A stretch of 35,701 bases of DNA. Origin: an uncultured archaeon (GTDB lineage Archaea; Asgardarchaeota; Heimdallarchaeia; Heimdallarchaeales; Kariarchaeaceae). The position numbers and the translations under genes are program-made. Positions 26,150-35,701 of this stretch are shown piece after piece. Each line of letters opens with the position of its first letter. The first letter of the stretch is position 1. Below the pieces are notes generated by a model, which was not told the origin of the DNA, ran no database searches, and was given only the letters and a program-made list of their open reading frames with translations. The stretch lies in the NCBI GenBank assembly GCA_964645535.1, contig CAZYCQ010000026.1:7114-42814 (forward strand), in the 5' to 3' direction.

Positions 26150-27379
26150 TTAAAAATTAACTTTTGACTTGTTTCGTCTGTGAAGACCAAAAACTGCAAC
26201 TGCGAAAACCAAAGTCCCGGCTACAAGAGGTAAGGAAAGGAATGAAGCCTCTTCAACCTTTCCAACAAAGGTTTGATTGCCTAGAGGATTTTCTGTTTGG
26301 TATTGAACAATTCCATCAGAAAAGTGATAGAAAGCATTGAGATAGAAAGAAGTTGCAGCAAACCAAAATGCGTTGAAAGCCGCCACTCTTTTCAGACCTT
26401 CTGAAGCGGTTTCGGATTCTCCCCTAAGATTCCATAAATTGCCATTTGCATCTTCAAAGAGAGGAAGATTTGTTGATGAATCAATCGTGGATGTTTTTTG
26501 GAATGATTTGCCTGTAATTGCTTGATCAAATTCAAAAGTGACCGCGAGTTTATCCTCTGAATGATAGAAGATTACATAGGAATGATTTTTACCCTCAACC
26601 ACATAAGCAGGAATTGCTTCCAGTGTATCAAACGGGATGACATGAGTTTCAGGACCTTCTTGAATGACTACACTCTTATGTTTAGGATGATATTTGGAAA
26701 ATGGTTCTTTGGAGGGATCATATCTAGAAGGAAAATAGATGGACTTTTCTTCATCATAGTTTCCATAAGGACTTCTAGAATAGTCTCTTGAATGCCCGGT
26801 TTCGGTTGAAAGAACCACAGTATTTGGATAAAGGGATTTCCAAGCCCGCCAAGTAGTCTCAATGATTGGAAGGGGTTCAATCAACTTTCCAAGATCCTTT
26901 CCCTTTATTCCTACATGATACATTTGGCTATAGTATGTCATTGTAGCCCTATCATACATGACTAAATTGTTTTGGTAAAGCCTACCTGACACTCCGAACT
27001 CAGCCCCGCCAATTGCTTGATCACGATCAAAAAGAAGGGCAGAACCCGTTAATGGACAATACGTAAGGGCGAGTTTCCTTCCATTTATCTCATCATTGAC
27101 GATTTCATGCCAATTCATGATCAGATAGGGATATGCCCTTGGAACACCGTCAATCACAATACCTGCAACAAGATCAGTATCTTGAAAGATCTGATCTGCT
27201 TCGGTTTTGGAAATGTAGGCCGGTTCATCAATTGAAGGAATGCCATCAATTCCTGGACCGCCATTGAGGATTTCAGAACATGGAACCAAACATTCATCGG
27301 TATTTTGACCAAAAGTCACCAATGTTTGGGATCCCAAAATCATCAACAGGATTGAAAATAAAGCGAGAGCTTTTTGCAT
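26150..27379 (-). CDS. DUF3179-family surface protein with signal peptide and C-terminal TM anchor
   Basis: GGPGIDGIPSID, RAYP, WHEIVND, TYCPLTGS, FGVSGRLYQNNLVMYDRAT, TTWRAWKSLYPNT, AFWFA. Confidence 0.9.
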   Translation of the reverse strand: MQKALALFSILLMILGSQTLVTFGQNTDECLVPCSEILNGGPGIDGIPSIDEPAYISKTEADQIFQDTDLVAGIVIDGVPRAYPYLIMNWHEIVNDEINGRKLALTYCPLTGSALLFDRDQAIGGAEFGVSGRLYQNNLVMYDRATMTYYSQMYHVGIKGKDLGKLIEPLPIIETTWRAWKSLYPNTVVLSTETGHSRDYSRSPYGNYDEEKSIYFPSRYDPSKEPFSKYHPKHKSVVIQEGPETHVIPFDTLEAIPAYVVEGKNHSYVIFYHSEDKLAVTFEFDQAITGKSFQKTSTIDSSTNLPLFEDANGNLWNLRGESETASEGLKRVAAFNAFWFAATSFYLNAFYHFSDGIVQYQTENPLGNQTFVGKVEEASFLSLPLVAGTLVFAVAVFGLHRRNKSKVNF

Positions 27380-27506
27380 ACTGATAGTGTTTCAACCCCC
27401 TCCACATTAGTCCTAAGTTTGGAAAATCTGAACCATGCTTTATATACCCATTTCGTTGGAAATTCAGGAGTATCACTTAATAACTTGTTTCACAGTATAC
27501 TAGGAT

Positions 27507-27716
27507 ATGGACATGTGTATAATGTGTGGGAATAACCCAATTGTAGAACATAATCATTGTGAAATCTGTCTGAGACAGAAGGCGGCCAAATTAAAGAAAC
27601 TGTCCTCCAAGATAGATGAAGCAAAAGCCACTGGAGATTCCGAAAAGGTCAAGGATTTAGTGTTTCAGTACAATACCATTGCTCAAAGCATCGGTTTAAG
27701 ACCCCTGAGAAACTGA
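27507..27716 (+). CDS. Small zinc-finger protein with a helical hairpin (69 aa)
   Basis: CIMC-x10-CEIC followed by amphipathic helices; TTAATAA about 25-30 nt upstream. The 3' end overlaps the convergent antiporter gene by 21 nt. Confidence 0.65.
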   Translation: MDMCIMCGNNPIVEHNHCEICLRQKAAKLKKLSSKIDEAKATGDSEKVKDLVFQYNTIAQSIGLRPLRN

Positions 27717-29531
27717 GATTGGTTCCTCCATCGCTTCTTCGGATTTGATGAAATCAAATCTCTGCAACTTGGACAACACTTCGTTGACATGGGTGGAATC
27801 ATATTTTTCACGGATTTCACAGAGTTTTTCATAGATTGAGATAAGGATTTCTATTTCCTTTTCTTCCTTACTTGAGATTTGTTCTTTCTCTGTTTCAAGC
27901 CTCAATCCCAATCGTTCAATTTCAGATACCAATTTCTTGGTCAGATCCTCTTCCTCCTGCACAAGCTTATCAATTTCAGGGTTGTCTTCAAAATCCGCTT
28001 TCTGAACCCCCAAATTAGCAAGCACATAATTGACCATTTCATATTGCAGGAGATATGAATTGATTCTCCGCCATTCTTCTCGATATTCCACTTCAAGATC
28101 ATGGAGAACCTGTGTCAGCTTATCTCGTATGGGAATGGATTGAAGGTGATATTCACTTGTTGTAAGAATCCCCCTAGTTTTCTGATCTTGGAGGTAGGTC
28201 AACTGAAGAGTCAATATCCTTTTTTTCAACTCAAGTTCCTCAATTCTATCCATAAGAATAATGGTTTCTGTTTTCTTTGCCACATATTTCATGGGAAGCC
28301 CTTGAATGATTGTTGAAAAGAAGAGAGTGACAAGAACCATCGATAGAAATTCCTGAGGTGTAAACGAAAGGTTGCCAATGAGATCTGGCCGTTCTGAAAT
28401 CTGATAGAATGCAACCGTTGCAAGAACACCTGTTGCCAACCCTCTTAGACCACCCCATCCAATGAAGATGGATTCCTTGCCTGAAAGAGATGTGGTTGAC
28501 CTAAGAAGAACAAACACGACAAGCATCCGTATCATGATACTGGCAATAGCAAGGAATAAGGAAATCTCCACCATAATCACGACCTTATCCAATCGGATAA
28601 TGGTTCCAAGAGCAGTAAAGGCAATCAGTTCACCCAATTCGGAAATGTTGGTGTGGAATTCATCCACTTCAGCAAGGGAAAATCGGGAAAACCTGAAACT
28701 AGTGGGGTTTCCAAAAACCACGCCACTTGTCAATGCGGTGATTGCCGAAGATATCGGAAGGTTGAATGAATGCAAGACAATTGCAATGAAAAAAGCCAAG
28801 ATGACAAGAGCCAAAGAAAGAAAATCGGTTTGTTCTGAAGAATTCAACTTGGTATTTATCTTCAAAAAGATTAATCCGAGCAAATAGCCCAGTAGTATTC
28901 CTCCAAAAAATGAAATAAGAAGAGCACGGATCACGTGGGTCGAAAAAGAGAGTTGGGTGTCTCCCTCCAGAAAGGAGATCAGAATAAATTCCGTTACAAG
29001 GGCGATAGCCACCGCATCATTGATGGCACTTTCACCACCAATAATTTCCTGTACTCGAGCCTTAAGTCTCAAATTTCCCTTGAACATCGAAAATGTGGCT
29101 GCCGGATCAGTAGGAACAAGCATTCCCGCGATCAAGAGGGAAATAAGGAGTGGAAAACCAAAAATCAACGTGATTACCTGCGAGAACAGGAAAGTAGAAA
29201 TGAAGACTCCAAAAAAGGCAAGAATGAGAATTGGCCTTAAGTTCTGCAAGAATGCCTTGAAATTGAGCTCCAATCCTTCTCTGAAGAGCACAAGAGCCAA
29301 TGCAAGTTCCGCTAGGAAGCCAACAAGTTCAGGTTGCTCCAAATATGTAATCGCTTCAGTAATAGGTTCAAAAGGAAGAATAAGAACCAACTGTCCTAAC
29401 AAGAACCCACTGGCCATGAGGGCGAGGAGACGAGGAAAATTATTGTTCCCGTCACTGATACGATCTGAAAGAAGTCCGAGAAGCAGGAGAATTCCAATAC
29501 CCCCAATTGCAAGTACCGGTGGGCTTACCAT
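27696..29531 (-). CDS. Cation/proton antiporter, CPA1 (NhaP) family, with a long cytoplasmic tail
   Basis: LVLFREGLEL, VPTDPAAT, GESAIND, GWGGLRG, IIQG; about 12 TM segments. Confidence 0.93.
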   Translation of the reverse strand: MVSPPVLAIGGIGILLLLGLLSDRISDGNNNFPRLLALMASGFLLGQLVLILPFEPITEAITYLEQPELVGFLAELALALVLFREGLELNFKAFLQNLRPILILAFFGVFISTFLFSQVITLIFGFPLLISLLIAGMLVPTDPAATFSMFKGNLRLKARVQEIIGGESAINDAVAIALVTEFILISFLEGDTQLSFSTHVIRALLISFFGGILLGYLLGLIFLKINTKLNSSEQTDFLSLALVILAFFIAIVLHSFNLPISSAITALTSGVVFGNPTSFRFSRFSLAEVDEFHTNISELGELIAFTALGTIIRLDKVVIMVEISLFLAIASIMIRMLVVFVLLRSTTSLSGKESIFIGWGGLRGLATGVLATVAFYQISERPDLIGNLSFTPQEFLSMVLVTLFFSTIIQGLPMKYVAKKTETIILMDRIEELELKKRILTLQLTYLQDQKTRGILTTSEYHLQSIPIRDKLTQVLHDLEVEYREEWRRINSYLLQYEMVNYVLANLGVQKADFEDNPEIDKLVQEEEDLTKKLVSEIERLGLRLETEKEQISSKEEKEIEILISIYEKLCEIREKYDSTHVNEVLSKLQRFDFIKSEEAMEEPISVSQGS

Positions 29532-29593
29532 ATGATATCGGATTAACTTGGATTAATTAAGTCTAATTGTTGAAATAAAAAATATTTTTCAAT

Positions 29594-29830
29594 TCAAATC
29601 CTCATGAAATTCTCAATTAAACGGATTTTACCCTTGAAATAACGAATGACTGCAAAAGGTTCGCCAAAATTCTCAATGAAGTAGTAATTCCTCAGTTTTT
29701 TCACCTGAAATCCATTTTCTGGGGTGAATTGTTCAAGAAGTTTCTGGAATTCTTCAGGAGACATCTCAGTTTCTCCGAAAAATTCAGTTTGCTCCAATGA
29801 TAATGTTCCGTTAAGTGTTGAAATGGTCAT
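29594..29830 (-). CDS. Small hypothetical protein (78 aa)
   Basis: Fills the intergenic gap; TTTATAAA on the minus strand at 29853-29860, 23-30 nt upstream of the ATG. Confidence 0.65.
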   Translation of the reverse strand: MTISTLNGTLSLEQTEFFGETEMSPEEFQKLLEQFTPENGFQVKKLRNYYFIENFGEPFAVIRYFKGKIRLIENFMRI

Positions 29831-29887
29831 CGAAAATAAAGAAAATGTTAGCTTTATAAATCGGAAATCGTACCGTTGGTAAAAATA

Positions 29888-30682
29888 TCAATCGATAGGG
29901 AAGAGATCCACGATCTTCAGAAAGTTTTCAATGGTTGCATCAGGAACTACACCATTTTCTTCATAACTTTCCACTATTTCCGGATCATACCGACCGGTTT
30001 TGACAAGAACTCCCTTTGCACCAATGGACTTGGCACCCAAAATATCTGCCTCTATATCATCTCCAATAAGGCAGGCATGATCAGGTTCGATTCCCAACTT
30101 TTTGCAACCATCTAGGATGAAATCCTTATTGGGTTTGCCCATCACCTTCAATTTTTTTCCAGAGGCATTTTCAAGTAACATTCCATAGGATCCAGAATCA
30201 AGAGCCAATCCCGATGAAGATACATAGGTTATCCCTTTTTGAAGAACATATAGCTCCGCTCCTCTTTTCAAACACCGGAGAGCTTTATTCAATCGATCCT
30301 GGAGATCGGAGCGACCCCTTATATCTCCCACAATAACCACATCCGGTGTGAAATCATCCTTCTTTACTTCGTGGAAATAGTCTTCCAATTCTTCTGTAAC
30401 AACAAAATATGCGGAAAGGTTGTTTTCAAGCAAATATTTTTTGGCAAATTCAGGAACGGAATATACTTTCTCTTCAGGAAGATTGAGACCGATCCTGTAG
30501 TAGTAATCCATTAGGCTTTGTTTGTTTTTACTGTCAGTATTTGTGAGGAAGAGGACATTGTAGCGATTCAGTAGCCCATCAATGACTTCTTGGACCCCTT
30601 CAAAGGGTTTACCATGTTCATAGACTGTTCCATCAAGGTCTATCAGTAGGCCATCAACCTCATCTAACCAATCCAGACTCAT
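29888..30682 (-). CDS. HAD-superfamily class IIA hydrolase (LHPP/NagD-like)
   Basis: LIDLDGTV, FLTNT, MGKP, IGDDIEADILGA, LVKTGRY. Confidence 0.94.
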   Translation of the reverse strand: MSLDWLDEVDGLLIDLDGTVYEHGKPFEGVQEVIDGLLNRYNVLFLTNTDSKNKQSLMDYYYRIGLNLPEEKVYSVPEFAKKYLLENNLSAYFVVTEELEDYFHEVKKDDFTPDVVIVGDIRGRSDLQDRLNKALRCLKRGAELYVLQKGITYVSSSGLALDSGSYGMLLENASGKKLKVMGKPNKDFILDGCKKLGIEPDHACLIGDDIEADILGAKSIGAKGVLVKTGRYDPEIVESYEENGVVPDATIENFLKIVDLFPID

Positions 30683-30796
30683 TTTGTCCAGATAATCCAG
30701 AAGGTTTTTAATCCTTTTTGAGCATGGCTGATTTCTCCTTTCAATATTGGATCAATTGAAGGTAATTGGAAATGCTTTTTTTTCGTATAATTGACG

Positions 30797-31156
30797 CTAT
30801 ACGCGATTCTCTTCGTACAATGAAAATGGATTGCCATCAGGATCCTCAAAATGAATGACTCGTTTGCTTGAGCCAATATCGACGATTTCTGAAGTGAATT
30901 TCACCCCCTTTGACTTAAGGGATTCAATAGCTTCCTCCAAATTTTCAACCAAAAAGGATATTTCCGTTCCCTTGCCAATGGAATCTTCAGTCAAGTGAAG
31001 TCCTATATAGGTATTTGATCCAGGAACGGAGACTTCTGTCCAAAAGGCACTTGTATAACCCATCTCCATGTTCAAAACAGAGGTGTAAAACTGCTTTGCC
31101 TTTTCCATGTCCGAAACATATATCACCAAGTGATGAATCTGCTTTATCATAAGCAA
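30797..31156 (-). CDS. VOC (glyoxalase/bleomycin-resistance) family protein
   Basis: IHHLVIYVSDMEKAKQFYTSVL...ISFLVENLEEAIESLKSKGV...HFEDPDGNPFSLYE. The start may be the ATG at 31150. Confidence 0.93.
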   Translation of the reverse strand: MLMIKQIHHLVIYVSDMEKAKQFYTSVLNMEMGYTSAFWTEVSVPGSNTYIGLHLTEDSIGKGTEISFLVENLEEAIESLKSKGVKFTSEIVDIGSSKRVIHFEDPDGNPFSLYEENRV

Positions 31157-31245
31157 TTCTTGGTGATATGATTAATTAAGTAGGGTTCTATTGGGCGAGA
31201 AAGTTTTGATTAATTTTTAAAGGGAATTGTCATTATCTGTTTGCT

Positions 31246-31827
31246 ATGGAGAATTCTGTACCTATCCATGCGTTTATCGTTATGTATGCATCTGGGACAC
31301 CCCTTTTTGCACGAAGGTACAGTTCCAAGCTTGAACAATTCGACAATACAAAAACTGCGCTTCTTGCGGGCTTTCTTTCGGCAATCGACATGTTCTCCAA
31401 GGTTAATCTTGAAGGTACACTAAAGGATATAGGGTTTGAAAATGAACGTTTCTTTTTTGAGAAAGTAAGCGAAGACATTGTCCTTGTTGTTTCAACACCA
31501 GATCCATACAATGATCTGATGGATCAGGATGCATGGAAGAACGAAATAATCATCAAGCGGATTTTGGATCGGTCAAGGCTTGCATTAAAAGTCATGATGG
31601 AAACGGCAAGTCGGTTAAACATACCTGTTGAAGATCTCATAGATGATTTTGGGATGACTTTGGATTCATTAATTTTGGAATCTTCATATATTGAAAGTGA
31701 AGAAAATGTGATCGAAAACTATTTTGAACAAACACAGGAGATGTCAGAAAAAATTGGGTCTTTTGATGAAATGGTCTTCAAAGAAGCCATCCAGACAATT
31801 GAAAGATATTTTGGAAAGAAAGAATGA
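31246..31827 (+). CDS. Longin-like domain protein with an acidic helical C-terminus
   Basis: IHAFIVMYASGTPLFARRY...TALLAGFLSAIDMFSKVNLEGTLKDIGFENERFFFEK...IVLVVS. Confidence 0.82.
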   Translation: MENSVPIHAFIVMYASGTPLFARRYSSKLEQFDNTKTALLAGFLSAIDMFSKVNLEGTLKDIGFENERFFFEKVSEDIVLVVSTPDPYNDLMDQDAWKNEIIIKRILDRSRLALKVMMETASRLNIPVEDLIDDFGMTLDSLILESSYIESEENVIENYFEQTQEMSEKIGSFDEMVFKEAIQTIERYFGKKE

Positions 31828-31879
31828 ATATTCTTTTGGAGTAAAAATACATCAAAAATATCCAATTCCGTCTAGAGAC

Positions 31880-32929
31880 ATGATGATCCATTTGCCAGAA
31901 AACTTCCCTTCCTCAAAATCAGATCTGCTGACGGAAGCCAATAGGATCAGGGAAGAAAGATACGGGAAGAAAATTTCAGCTTCAAGGAATTACTTCTTTC
32001 CTTTGGTCAAATATTGCCGAAATTCTTGCTTATATTGCGGATTTTCAAGAAAAAGTGCTGAAAGGAAGAGATTTTCCGAAATGGTCATGGAACCCGAAAC
32101 AGTTTTGACACAATTGGAAATCGCAAAACAAGCCAATTGTAGAGAGGCTCTGTTTGTATTAGGCGATCGACCGGAACAGATCAACAAAAAAGTGGCGAAA
32201 TTTTTTCGGGAACATGGATTTGAAACTTCAGTTGACTATGTGGAATGGGCTTGCAGGGAAACCCTGCGCAAAGGACTTGAACCTCACGTGAATCTTGGGG
32301 TCATTTCCTATGAGGAATGGGAACAATTGAAACCGGTCATTGCTTCGGCAGGTCTCATGCTGGAAAATATCTCTGAACGGTTGACAGAAAAAGGAATGGC
32401 ACATCATGCCTCTCCAGACAAGATTCCGTCAGTACGAATCAAGTGCATAGAAGATGCCTTGGAGCTCAAAATTCCATTCACATCGGGAATTCTGATAGGG
32501 ATCGGTGAAACACAAGCAGAAAGGGAAGCCACAATCCATGAATTGCGCAGATTCTCTATGGAGTATGAAACGCTCCAAGAAATAATTGTTCAACCCTTTC
32601 ATCCACTACCGAATTCACCATGGAGAAACAAGCCACAGGCTTCTGCAAATCTGTTGATAGAAACAATTGCGTTTTCCAGAGTTACCCTTCCACCGGAAAT
32701 CAACATCCAATTTCCTCCAAATCTAACGGAATTTCCAATAATCGAGGGGATCAAGGCAGGTGCAAACGATCTAGGGGGAATTTCCCCAGTCACAATTGAT
32801 TACGTGAACTATACAAGTCCTTGGCCAAAATGGGATTTCCTTGAATCCTATTTGGGAAACAATGGCTTTGAATTGACTGAGAGAGGTCCGGTATATTCGG
32901 ATTGGATGAAATATTCCTCAATCTACTAA
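31880..32929 (+). CDS. cofG: FO synthase subunit CofG (radical SAM)
   Basis: SRNYFFPLVKYCRNSCLYCGF, CREALFVLGDRPE, PHVNLG, SAGLMLE, HHASPDKIP, IPFTSGILIGIGET, QEIIVQ, IQFPPNL, GANDLGGISPVTIDYVN...PWP. The start is trimmed from 31724 to the ATG at 31880. Confidence 0.93.
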   Translation: MMIHLPENFPSSKSDLLTEANRIREERYGKKISASRNYFFPLVKYCRNSCLYCGFSRKSAERKRFSEMVMEPETVLTQLEIAKQANCREALFVLGDRPEQINKKVAKFFREHGFETSVDYVEWACRETLRKGLEPHVNLGVISYEEWEQLKPVIASAGLMLENISERLTEKGMAHHASPDKIPSVRIKCIEDALELKIPFTSGILIGIGETQAEREATIHELRRFSMEYETLQEIIVQPFHPLPNSPWRNKPQASANLLIETIAFSRVTLPPEINIQFPPNLTEFPIIEGIKAGANDLGGISPVTIDYVNYTSPWPKWDFLESYLGNNGFELTERGPVYSDWMKYSSIY

Positions 32930-32974
32930 AGATGAATGCATAAGCTAAAGTCCGTTTTCTTTCCAATAAGAGGC

Positions 32975-33568
32975 ATGCAACTTGATGTTGGGATACTGAT
33001 TTTTGATGGTATTGAACTCCTTGATTTTGCGGGACCTTTGGAAGTGTTCTATGTTGCCCGCCCTTCACCTCAACAGCGTGATGTAAGGCTATTCAATGCA
33101 TTCACCATTGCAAGAACCAAAGAACCAATTACAGTCAAAGGCGGGTTGAAGGTAATACCTGACAAGAGTTTTGACGAGGTGCAACAACTGGACATATTGC
33201 TGATTCCAGGAGGAGAAGGCGCTCGAAAAATGAAAGGTGATGAACCTGAGATAAACTTTATCAGAGGTATAGAACCGAATGTAGAACAAATTGCCACAGT
33301 TTGCACAGGAAGTTGGATTTATGCGATGTCGGGAGATCGAGCAGGAGAGAGGTTGCTAACTCATCAATTGAGAAGAGAGGAATTCAAGGATAAGTTTCCA
33401 GACATCAAGATTGTAGAAGGATATAGATACTTCGAAAATGACACGGTGGTCAGTGCTGGAGGGGTCAGCTGTGGAATTGATCTGGCACTTTACTTGGTCT
33501 ACAAATTCTTTGGTGAGGAAGCTGTGGATTATACTGCATCAGTTATTGAATATCCATTCAATCCTTAG
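32975..33568 (+). CDS. DJ-1/PfpI family protein
   Basis: VGILIFDGIELLDFAGPLEVF, LLIPGG, TVCTGS, SAGGVSCGIDLAL, IEY. The start is trimmed to MQLDVG, after AAGAGG. Confidence 0.92.
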   Translation: MQLDVGILIFDGIELLDFAGPLEVFYVARPSPQQRDVRLFNAFTIARTKEPITVKGGLKVIPDKSFDEVQQLDILLIPGGEGARKMKGDEPEINFIRGIEPNVEQIATVCTGSWIYAMSGDRAGERLLTHQLRREEFKDKFPDIKIVEGYRYFENDTVVSAGGVSCGIDLALYLVYKFFGEEAVDYTASVIEYPFNP

Positions 33569-33638
33569 CAAATTGCATGAGAAAATTTATCCTTTTCTCG
33601 CAAGCTTAATCTATACCTGTTTCTTTGAATGGTTGTAG

Positions 33639-34598
33639 ATGCTTGAAGAAAATGTTCAGGATTCCCAAAATGAATTTGAGTTCGATTTGAAGGAATTCTT
33701 CAGAAAGTTAAAGGAAAACAGACTTTCACTAGAAGCGATTCTGACGGGTGTGTTCAGTATCTTGACATTGGGATCCTATTATCTAGGCAATCCCATCTAT
33801 ATCTTCTTCCTTCATTTCCTGACAATAGGATTTGCAGTGGATGTCGCACTATATTATTTCAGGAATTATAAACCATACACGACATACATTGAAGAAAAAC
33901 TTGAAGATTTACGATCAAACACGAACCGTGCAATCAGACCAGGACTAGCGCCCTTGGAATTCATTGGAATAGAGGAAAATCTGGATCTCCTTTCCTCCCA
34001 ACTCCAAAGGACAAAGGAAGTTCGAAGAAGTTATCAGGCCGAACTTGAAGCCACATACGAAAAAATCGACTACGAAATCTCAAGAATAAACACTCTCATT
34101 GGAGATTATATCGCTTTGAGAAAAACGATCGGAGACTTTCAGCAAACCCTGAATGATACATTGAACGAAACAGCAGCAAACATTTCTAAGTTTGAGGAAC
34201 TCGTTTCAGAAAACTCCTTGAGAATCGGTGAATTTTCCACCTCATTGAATTCAATTGCCAAGCAGAACAAAATCCTTTCATTGAATGCAGAAATTGAAGC
34301 AGTAAAGGTAGGTGAACTTGGTAAAGGATTTGAAGTGGTCGCAAGCAATGTACAGAAATTAGCTGAACAAACCAAAAGATTGAGTGAGGAAATCAGTAAT
34401 GTCGGTGGATCACTTGAAGTTGAAGGATTAGGAACTAGTTCCATGGTTATTGAAGAAATTGAAACACTGACTTCCACGTTTCAGGATATTGGAAAAGCAA
34501 TTGAAAGTTTTGAAAAGCTAATAGATTCACTTAACCGTTCATTGCAAAGATTATCTCAACTTCGTCAATCCCTTTCATATGTTGACATCAGAGCGTGA
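33639..34598 (+). CDS. Methyl-accepting chemotaxis (MCP) signalling-domain protein with 2 N-terminal TMs
   Basis: IAKQNKILSLNAEIEAVKVGELGKGFEVVASNVQKLAEQT is a variant of the MCP hairpin tip, flanked by coiled coil. Confidence 0.85.
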   Translation: MLEENVQDSQNEFEFDLKEFFRKLKENRLSLEAILTGVFSILTLGSYYLGNPIYIFFLHFLTIGFAVDVALYYFRNYKPYTTYIEEKLEDLRSNTNRAIRPGLAPLEFIGIEENLDLLSSQLQRTKEVRRSYQAELEATYEKIDYEISRINTLIGDYIALRKTIGDFQQTLNDTLNETAANISKFEELVSENSLRIGEFSTSLNSIAKQNKILSLNAEIEAVKVGELGKGFEVVASNVQKLAEQTKRLSEEISNVGGSLEVEGLGTSSMVIEEIETLTSTFQDIGKAIESFEKLIDSLNRSLQRLSQLRQSLSYVDIRA

Positions 34599-35302
34599 GC
34601 TTAATGCGATGTCAGGTATGTGGAAATGAAACCGCAGGCAAGAATTATTGTGAATCGTGTGGATCCAAATTATCTAAGGATTATCTCTCTACACTGATTG
34701 GAAGACCCACATCCACACCTACCACCTATCTTTCTAAAACAAAAAAAAAGTTCAGTTCTAGCGGAAAAAGGTCTCTTAAGGAAGAAATTTTTGGAGTATT
34801 GCTTGCAGACCATGGAATTCTCAAAGGCATAATCGAAAGAAAGAATTGGAAATTTGTCATCAAAATACATCTGAGTATTTTGGCAATCATAATCCTGATT
34901 ACATATCTATACAATTCCTTTGACGGCGGTATAAGAAATTCAAACATAAGAGTTATTTGGGGTTTTTATTTCGCTCATTTAGTTTCCAGTGTGGTTTTTG
35001 CCTATGGCCTTAAACTAAGTGGTTATGCAAGTTACAACTTCCTAGATTATTTGAAATTAATGCTGACTGTAAGTTTAGGAGCAATTCCTTTCATTCTAGT
35101 CTATACCTCACCCATTTTGACGTTCATTTACCTGCCTTTATTCTATCTTTCGAGAATAACCCCTCTACTTTTTCTATATTTCCTCCTTCTAAGAATAAAA
35201 GTATTTTATGATTTCTCATTATGGAGACCATTTGATGCAGCAACCATTGGCTCAGTGGCATTGATCATAGAATTCATAGGAGTAATGCTAGCCATTGCCT
35301 AA
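34595..35302 (+). CDS. Zinc-ribbon membrane protein (about 5 TM; Yip1-like topology)
   Basis: CQVCG...NYCESCG followed by five hydrophobic segments. The GTG overlaps the upstream TGA; an alternative ATG is at 34604. Confidence 0.75.
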   Translation: MSLMRCQVCGNETAGKNYCESCGSKLSKDYLSTLIGRPTSTPTTYLSKTKKKFSSSGKRSLKEEIFGVLLADHGILKGIIERKNWKFVIKIHLSILAIIILITYLYNSFDGGIRNSNIRVIWGFYFAHLVSSVVFAYGLKLSGYASYNFLDYLKLMLTVSLGAIPFILVYTSPILTFIYLPLFYLSRITPLLFLYFLLLRIKVFYDFSLWRPFDAATIGSVALIIEFIGVMLAIA

Positions 35303-35372
35303 TTTTTCACCACAATTGATCGTAGGAATAACCGAAAAGTTGAATCTTTAAAAATCGATTTGAGTTAGTTGA

Positions 35373-35701
<329 letters not shown>

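Noticed and set aside
26150-27379. DUF3179 protein as a selenoprotein
   Set aside because: Some family members carry Sec, but this ORF has no in-frame TGA (the motif is CPLT) and I saw no convincing SECIS.
28462-29535. Long plus-strand ORFs (141 and 192 aa), and similar ones at 9785-10285, 20159-20680 and 34139-34477
   Set aside because: They are antisense shadows of well-supported genes and have no motifs of their own.
30679-30876. 65-aa ORF bridging the VOC and HAD genes
   Set aside because: It overlaps the VOC gene out of frame, has no recognisable features, and the remainder looks like promoter sequence.
31724-31879. N-terminal extension of cofG
   Set aside because: It overlaps the upstream longin gene by about 100 nt and shows no CofG similarity. 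The ATG at 31880 gives a normal length.
34741-34749. A9 homopolymer as a phase-variation site (also A9 at 24972-24980)
   Set aside because: The reading frame is intact (TKKK), and such runs are expected in AT-rich, Lys-rich sequence. There is no evidence without reads.

Overview
A gene-dense, AT-rich (about 40% GC by eye) archaeal chromosomal segment with about 39 protein-coding genes. I found no rRNA, tRNA, CRISPR array or mobile element. The gene content points to an Asgard archaeon, most likely Heimdallarchaeia; this is inference, not a database result. The indicators are five longin-like proteins, a PCI-like winged-helix protein, a gelsolin-like domain, HtpG/Hsp90, CofG, an MCP-like protein and TATA boxes about 25 nt upstream of start codons. 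The left third is an amino-acid catabolism and uptake region: Ser/Thr dehydratase, hutI, a polar amino-acid ABC transporter and a COG2403/ArcE-type ATPase. The most interesting candidates for undescribed systems are four. (i) A tightly coupled operon of a multi-longin protein, a V4R/MetOD-like Cys protein and a DUF420-like membrane protein (7461-9664); its first gene has no canonical start codon. (ii) A 735-aa fusion of a degenerate CofD fold, an acidic linker, a helical region and a PCI-like domain. (iii) A MinD/ParA ATPase translationally coupled to a longin-wHTH protein. (iv) A head-to-head pair of a small longin with a MinD-like amphipathic tail and a 1001-aa longin-headed helical protein. 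The window ends inside an ORF missing from the ORF track, a zinc-ribbon protein with (Q/P)GQYP tandem repeats.
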